A DNA stretch of 59,127 nucleotides, counting the filler. It is 3 parts of 3 records of this genome, joined end to end, with 100 filler letters (N's around TTAATTAATTAA, not from the genome) between each part and the next. Parts side by side here need not be neighbours in the genome. Positions count along the whole stretch, not along the records: positions 41,625 to 59,127 come from DRR378314_1657; 2 more parts are not named here. The stretch is one strand, 5' to 3'. The notes beneath the pieces were generated by a model. That model had not been told where the DNA came from, searched no databases, and was given only the letters and a program-made list of their open reading frames with translations. Below are positions 52,530 to 59,127 of this stretch, one piece after another (positions within the stretch are counted from its first letter, which is position 1; the number at the start of each line of letters is the position of its first letter). The position numbers and the translations under genes are program-made.

Positions 52530-53510
52530 TTATCGGGCAGAGCCAAGCTGCCTTTTTCGACCGACCCATTCAACCAGCACGACCAGCAGTAGGCCCGCCA
52601 ACGCGCAGGTCATCGCCAACAGCAGTTGTGATTCTTCACCAGTCAACTCAGCATAGCCCATCGGGCTAACGCTTGCTTCGCTCAGAGGCACCTGTTCGCC
52701 AGCACTGTTGGTGCGCCAACTGAGTGTCTCTTTCCAGGGCCAGACCTTGTTCAGCGCGCCCACCATAAAGCCGGTCAGCAGTGACAGCACCAGATCATGG
52801 AAGCGGTGGAACGCCCAGGTGATAAGCCGCGCAACCGATAGCAGGCCGGCCAGGCAACCCACAGCGAAAACCCCGAGGATGGCTGCATCCAGGGAACGTA
52901 TCGCGTCCAGTACAGGAACATACATCCCCAGGATCACCAGGATAAAACTGCCTGAGATACCCGGCAGGATCATGGCGCAGATCGCCAGGGCTCCGGCACC
53001 AAAAAACACCGGCATTGAGGGCGACAAAGGGCTGCCGGACAGGGTGGTTACCCACCAGGCAAAGACGGTCCCCACCGCAAAGGGCAACAGAAGCAACAAC
53101 TCATAACGGCGAACCTGGCGGCCAATGTGCCACACCGAGGCCACGATCAGGCCGAAGAAAAAGCTCCAGATCAGAATCGGATAGGTCGCAAGGGCATGAC
53201 TGATCGCGGACGCGAGGGTGACGATACTGCCAAGGATGCCAGCCAGCAGGCACAGCAGAAAGGTGCCGTCACACGTTACCCAGAATTGCCGAACCTGCCC
53301 ACGGATTAGCTGGCGGTAGAACGCTTGTGGAACCGCACTGACCGCTTCCAGCAACCGAAAGTAAATGCCGGTAATGAATGCAATGGTGCCACCAGACACG
53401 CCCGGTACGATATCAGCTGCCCCCATGGCCATCCCCCTCAGGAAGACCGCAAAGGGGTGATGGGAACGAGGCACGTCTGCAGAAGAGTCAGAGGGGCGTT
53501 CTGCCGTCAC
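52530..53510 (-). CDS. DUF368 family membrane protein (undecaprenyl-phosphate translocase family)
   Basis: Repeated motifs GAADIVPGVSGGT and AMILPGISGS; multi-TM. Confidence 0.88.
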   Translation of the reverse strand: MTAERPSDSSADVPRSHHPFAVFLRGMAMGAADIVPGVSGGTIAFITGIYFRLLEAVSAVPQAFYRQLIRGQVRQFWVTCDGTFLLCLLAGILGSIVTLASAISHALATYPILIWSFFFGLIVASVWHIGRQVRRYELLLLLPFAVGTVFAWWVTTLSGSPLSPSMPVFFGAGALAICAMILPGISGSFILVILGMYVPVLDAIRSLDAAILGVFAVGCLAGLLSVARLITWAFHRFHDLVLSLLTGFMVGALNKVWPWKETLSWRTNSAGEQVPLSEASVSPMGYAELTGEESQLLLAMTCALAGLLLVVLVEWVGRKRQLGSAR

Positions 53511-54163
53511 CGTACAACTCCGCCAAGCAAGGGCACAAAACGCACCGGCTCAATATCCCTGGTCTCGAAACGATCGCCCTGGCGGACCATCTCCACCAAC
53601 ATCTGCGTACCCTCACCAATCGGCGCCACAATAACACCACCATCCGCAAGCTGGTCTTTCAATTCCGCGGGGATTTCACGAGGCGCCGCCGTAACAATGA
53701 TGCCATCAAAAGGCCCCTGCTCCGGCCATCCCATTCCTCCGTCTGCGTGCTTGAGCATCACGTTACGGAGGCCAATCTGGCGAAGCCGGTCACGGGCCCT
53801 GTCCTGGAGAGGCTTAATACGCTCAACGCTGAAAACCTGATCCACCAGTCGAGCAAGGATCGCGGTTTGGTAACCTGAGCCGGTGCCCAGTTCCAACACT
53901 TTGCGTGGCTTGTGACGCATCAGGGATTCAGTCATTCGTGCGACAATATAGGGCTGCGAGAGTGTCTGGCTGTAGCCGATGGGCAATGCAGTGTCTTCAT
54001 AGGCCCTGTGTGACAGGGCTTCGTCCAGGAATATATGACGCGGCACGTCGGACATGGCCGTCAGCACCTGCTCATCACCAATACCGGCTTCCCGGAGCCT
54101 CTGTATCAGTCGCATTCGGGTTCGGCGGGACGTCATTCCGATACCGTCAATCTCTGCCACCAT
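53507..54163 (-). CDS. pcm: Protein-L-isoaspartate O-methyltransferase
   Basis: QTLSQPYIVARM, VLELGTGSGYQ, PFDGIIVTAA, VRFVPL. Confidence 0.96.
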   Translation of the reverse strand: MVAEIDGIGMTSRRTRMRLIQRLREAGIGDEQVLTAMSDVPRHIFLDEALSHRAYEDTALPIGYSQTLSQPYIVARMTESLMRHKPRKVLELGTGSGYQTAILARLVDQVFSVERIKPLQDRARDRLRQIGLRNVMLKHADGGMGWPEQGPFDGIIVTAAPREIPAELKDQLADGGVIVAPIGEGTQMLVEMVRQGDRFETRDIEPVRFVPLLGGVVR

Positions 54164-54927
54164 CAACGCCCCTCCCGACCGGACATCGACTCAACCCACT
54201 CACGCAAGGGTGAGAGCACCTCATGGCGCGTCATATCCACATGGACCGGGGTAATCGACACATAATTCTCACGAACCGCGTTGAAATCGGTACCCGGCCC
54301 CGCGTCACTGCCCTTGCCCGCGGCTCCGATCCAGTACCGGGCCTTGCCCCTGGGGCAGGTCATCGGCACGGCACCCTCAGCCCGGTCACGATGACCAAGC
54401 CGGGTAACACGAAAACCGGCAATGTCGTCCCAGGGGACGTCGGGAACGTTCACATTGAGAATGCAGCGAGGCCCGAGGGTAAGCGGCTGATCGCCTTCCA
54501 GCAACGCCCGCACAACTCTGGCCGCCGTTTCGTAGTGGAAGCGACCTTCGTTTACCAGCGATACCGCAATCGCTGGTAGCCCCAGGTTTCTACCCTCAGT
54601 GGCCGCAGCCACGGTACCCGAGTAGATGATATCGTCGCCCAGATTGGCGTGGGTGTTGATGCCAGACACCACACGATCAAATGGCTCATCAAACAGCCCG
54701 TTAACCGCCAGATGAACGCAGTCCGTCGGGGTTCCATCCACGGAACGGAAGCCATTGGGGTGCGCCTCCACCGTTAAAGGGCGGCTCAGCGTTAGCGCGT
54801 TACTGGCACCGCTGTGATCCCGATCCGGCGCCACAACCTCAAGGTGGCCCAGTCCCTCAAGCCCCTTGTACAGAGCCTGCAGACCAGGCGAATGAACGCC
54901 ATCATCATTGGACAACAGAATTCGCAC
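54163..54927 (-). CDS. surE: 5'/3'-nucleotidase SurE
   Basis: GTG start with [31 protein letters not shown]. Confidence 0.95.
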   Translation of the reverse strand: MRILLSNDDGVHSPGLQALYKGLEGLGHLEVVAPDRDHSGASNALTLSRPLTVEAHPNGFRSVDGTPTDCVHLAVNGLFDEPFDRVVSGINTHANLGDDIIYSGTVAAATEGRNLGLPAIAVSLVNEGRFHYETAARVVRALLEGDQPLTLGPRCILNVNVPDVPWDDIAGFRVTRLGHRDRAEGAVPMTCPRGKARYWIGAAGKGSDAGPGTDFNAVRENYVSITPVHVDMTRHEVLSPLREWVESMSGREGR

Positions 54928-56005
54928 AATTTTCTCCAATAAACGTGGTTGAGTCCGTTATATCGAACACATCGTCCAGCAAACTGGTTGCGTACTGGCC
55001 CGGGGCAAGCTGGAATGCCAGCCTCAACTGGTCGTTACCATCCCAATGCCATTCCAGGCCTTGCGGTTTCATGTTCAGAGGCCGACGCTCCGGTTTCATG
55101 CGGGTGGTTGCGAACACCGCCGCCAGTTGCGGGTGAGCCGCAACCACGGAACGCTCAAGCTCGCCCTGGACTGACACCGCTTCAGTGCCACCGTCGCCCC
55201 ACAGAGGCCCGGTCACAAGTATATTCTGGTTTTCACACGCGCCCGGCTCCCCTTCCAGGGATTCAAGCCAGGTACCGTTCTGGACACGATACGCAAGCAC
55301 TTCGTTGAATAACCACGAACGTGCCGCCGAAAAGTACAATACGTTTTTACTGTCGCTACTGCCAGAGGTTGAACGCCCTCGCCCCCGTTTTTTGCCAGCG
55401 CGACTGCCCCGCCGGTTCAGTGCGGTTGGATCCATGGTCAGGGCCCTGTCCAGATTGGCACCGCCATGGCCAAACCGTTGCGGCCCGAAATAGTTGGGAC
55501 AGCCGATATCCCGCACTCGCGCCAGCGCCGTATCGATGGCGCTGGCATCACCGGCCACATCCTTCAACACCAGTTCAAACCGGTTTCCCCGGTGGTCACC
55601 CCGCCTCAGTTTGCGGGCCAGGCGTTGCTGGGCAAGTACGAGCCAATGTTCGGCCACTTCCTGAATGAACCTTGCGTCGTCGTCTTCCATACCCGGCCGA
55701 TAGAGACTGAACCATTGCCGGGTAACCGCGTGACGGTCCTTCAGGCCGCAGAATCCCACGTCGAAATGCCGACAACCACAAAGTTTGGCCAGCTGCCTTG
55801 CGACATAGTCCGTGTTGTCCCCGACTTTTTCCAAACGCAGACAGAGGTGCTCGCCACCGTTGTCGCTAATGCCGGGCAGACACAGATCTTCATCCACAAA
55901 AAAATCGGCAGGCAGGGATTTGATGCGCGCCGCCCCTACCCGTCGCCCGAATGACGTAGGCCAGTCAAGTCGCCAGCGTTGGGCGCCATGCAGAGGATCG
56001 CTCAT
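54905..56005 (-). CDS. truD: tRNA pseudouridine(13) synthase
   Basis: [38 protein letters not shown]. Confidence 0.93.
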   Translation of the reverse strand: MSDPLHGAQRWRLDWPTSFGRRVGAARIKSLPADFFVDEDLCLPGISDNGGEHLCLRLEKVGDNTDYVARQLAKLCGCRHFDVGFCGLKDRHAVTRQWFSLYRPGMEDDDARFIQEVAEHWLVLAQQRLARKLRRGDHRGNRFELVLKDVAGDASAIDTALARVRDIGCPNYFGPQRFGHGGANLDRALTMDPTALNRRGSRAGKKRGRGRSTSGSSDSKNVLYFSAARSWLFNEVLAYRVQNGTWLESLEGEPGACENQNILVTGPLWGDGGTEAVSVQGELERSVVAAHPQLAAVFATTRMKPERRPLNMKPQGLEWHWDGNDQLRLAFQLAPGQYATSLLDDVFDITDSTTFIGENCANSVVQ

Positions 56006-56481
56006 GATATAACCGGCTCAAGCAGGCAGACCGCCTGGCACGCAATACCCTCACCGCGGCCGGTAAAACCCAGCTTTTCCGTGGTGGTCGCCTTGACGCT
56101 GACCCGGCTCGCCGGGATCGCAAGATCCTCGGCAATGATCAATCGCATGGATTCGATGTGGGGGGCCATCTTCGGGGCCTGAGCAACAATTGTGGCGTCC
56201 ACGTTACCGACGCTATACCCTTCCCCGGCCACTCGCTCCATCACCCGGCGCAGCAAGTCCCGGCTGTCGGCGCCAGCCCACTCATCACTGGTGTCGGGAA
56301 ACAGGTGGCCAATATCGCCCAGAGCCACCGCGCCCAGTAATGCATCTGCAAGGGCGTGCAACAGGACATCGCCATCGGAATGGGCCTTGAGGGCATGGGT
56401 GTGGGGAATGGTCACGCCACCAATGGTTATCTGATCGCCCTCACAGAACGCATGGACATCAAAGCCCTGCCCGATTCGCAT
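56002..56481 (-). CDS. ispF: 2-C-methyl-D-erythritol 2,4-cyclodiphosphate synthase
   Basis: [36 protein letters not shown]. Confidence 0.97.
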   Translation of the reverse strand: MRIGQGFDVHAFCEGDQITIGGVTIPHTHALKAHSDGDVLLHALADALLGAVALGDIGHLFPDTSDEWAGADSRDLLRRVMERVAGEGYSVGNVDATIVAQAPKMAPHIESMRLIIAEDLAIPASRVSVKATTTEKLGFTGRGEGIACQAVCLLEPVIS

Positions 56482-56523
56482 AATGCTGTTTCCTTATTTG
56501 ATCGATCCGATGACGGCTCACCG

Positions 56524-57222
56524 CTAAACGCGACCGAGAATGAAACCGGCGAGCGCCAGGTCGGCGGGTACAGTAATCTTTATATTATCCGGTCGCCCCT
56601 CAACGATACAGGGCCTGTGGCCAGCATGCTCCATTGCCGACGCTTCGTCCGTCACTGGGTACCCTGACGCAATGGCCGTTTCCAGGGCGTGGCTCAACGC
56701 CGAAAAACGGAACATCTGGGGTGTTAACGCCCGCCACAAGTGGCGACGGTCAACCGTCGTTTCTACTTCGTTGCTGTCGCTGGCCTGACGTTTGAGGGTA
56801 TCGGCCACTGGCGTGGCCAGCAAACCTCCTACCGGATGATCCCTCAGATCCGCTATCAGGCGATGCAGGTCCGTCGGATGAAGGCAGGGCCTGGCAGCGT
56901 CGTGAACCAATACCCAGTCATCCTCATGAGCTCGTCCCGACAGAGCCGTAAGCGCAGCCAGTACCGAATCCCCCCGCTCCGATCCCCCGTCACAGGTATC
57001 AACACGTTCGTCCATACTGCAATCGGTTTTCGACCACCAGGGGTCACCAGCACGGATGGGGACCATACAACCGGAGAAATCGGCGTTCTCCAGCAAACGG
57101 GACAGCGTGACATCGAGGATATAGCGGTGATCCAACTGAAGATACTGCTTGGGGCAGTCAGCTTTCATTCTCTGGCCGGAGCCGGCGGCGGGAACAATCA
57201 ACCAATAACGAGGTTTACTCAT
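56524..57222 (-). CDS. ispD: 2-C-methyl-D-erythritol 4-phosphate cytidylyltransferase
   Basis: PAAGSGQRM, PKQY, VLVHDAARP, TPQMF, NIKIT. Confidence 0.96.
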   Translation of the reverse strand: MSKPRYWLIVPAAGSGQRMKADCPKQYLQLDHRYILDVTLSRLLENADFSGCMVPIRAGDPWWSKTDCSMDERVDTCDGGSERGDSVLAALTALSGRAHEDDWVLVHDAARPCLHPTDLHRLIADLRDHPVGGLLATPVADTLKRQASDSNEVETTVDRRHLWRALTPQMFRFSALSHALETAIASGYPVTDEASAMEHAGHRPCIVEGRPDNIKITVPADLALAGFILGRV

Positions 57223-57260
57223 GGACGTGGCCAGCTTTAATCGGCCTGGTTTGCGGCGGC

Positions 57261-57533
57261 TTACTGCTCGACCACCAGGAAGAAGGTTTCATCGTTACGG
57301 ATCAGGCCCAGGTTCATACGGGCACGCTCTTCAACCGCGCCTTTTTCCCCGCGAAGGTTACGGACTTCCGCATAGAGACGCTCATTGCGGACTGACAACT
57401 CGGCGTTTTCCTCGCGCTGCTCGGCAACGGCGTTCTCCAGCCCCCATACCTGGGCAAAGCTACCCTCCCCAACCCACAGGCGCACCTGCAGCAGGAGAAT
57501 AAGAATAATCATGATGGACCAGAGCAACTTCAT
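57261..57533 (-). CDS. ftsB: Cell division protein FtsB
   Basis: TM then LWVGEGS, coiled coil, EERARMNLGLIRNDETFF; lies between eno and ispD. Confidence 0.93.
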   Translation of the reverse strand: MKLLWSIMIILILLLQVRLWVGEGSFAQVWGLENAVAEQREENAELSVRNERLYAEVRNLRGEKGAVEERARMNLGLIRNDETFFLVVEQ

Positions 57534-57676
57534 TGCGAATTCCGTTTACGATGCATCAACCGGACAGTCAGTATAGACCTTAGTGTAGTTTAGCAACAAG
57601 TTCTGCTAACCAGTTGTACAAAAAGGCCATCATGCCTCACATTTTTGAGGATCACGATGGCCAGTCCGGATCTGTT

Positions 57677-57701
57677 ACCTGTCAGCGTCCTGCTGACAGG
57701 T
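57677..57701. other. 10-bp stem-loop downstream of eno
   Basis: ACCTGTCAGC-N5-GCTGACAGGT, no U tract. Confidence 0.55.
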
Positions 57702-57719
57702 CATCCTGATACCGGGCGA

Positions 57720-59033
<1,314 letters not shown>

Positions 59034-59127
59034 TTAAAAGTGTCTAGAAGGTTATGACTTATAGTTTGATCAAGAGCAGGCGGGGTAGGACTTTACGAAA
59101 CTGTGCGGAGCCATGGATGGCGGAGCT

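Overview
The window is not one locus. It is three unrelated contigs joined by artificial 100-nt linkers (44 N + TTAATTAATTAA + 44 N) at 15529-15628 and 41525-41624. (1) 1-15528 is intron-rich eukaryotic (protist-like) DNA. By hand-splicing GT-AG exons I recover the 5' part of a kinesin motor gene (-), a HERP-like ubiquitin-domain membrane protein (+), and a large voltage-sensor/adenylyl-cyclase/TPR fusion gene of the Paramecium/Plasmodium ACalpha type (-); the ORF track misses most of this. (2) 15629-41524 is a Roseobacter-group alphaproteobacterial contig. It has a translationally coupled operon: hybrid-type PKS (KS-AT-KR-DH-ACP-TE), GT2, NRPS (formyltransferase, then a Gly-type A domain interrupted by a luciferase-like monooxygenase, then T), PPTase, two paralogous SGNH-like proteins (one fused to a putative clan GH-A barrel) and a GT2. 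This operon converges on EPS genes (GT4, Wzz-like co-polymerase, a degenerate BY-kinase, priming glycosyltransferase). A LacI regulator and a smoEFG polyol ABC transporter follow. (3) 41625-59127 is gammaproteobacterial housekeeping DNA, probably Marinobacter: metG, rsxABCDGE, nth, a chalcone-isomerase-like gene, and eno-ftsB-ispD-ispF-truD-surE-pcm-DUF368-nlpD-rpoS. The best candidate for an uncharacterised system is the PKS/NRPS-EPS locus, which looks built to make a small formyl-glycine-derived acyl unit and attach it to a surface polysaccharide. All calls come from motif reading by eye; no database searches were run.
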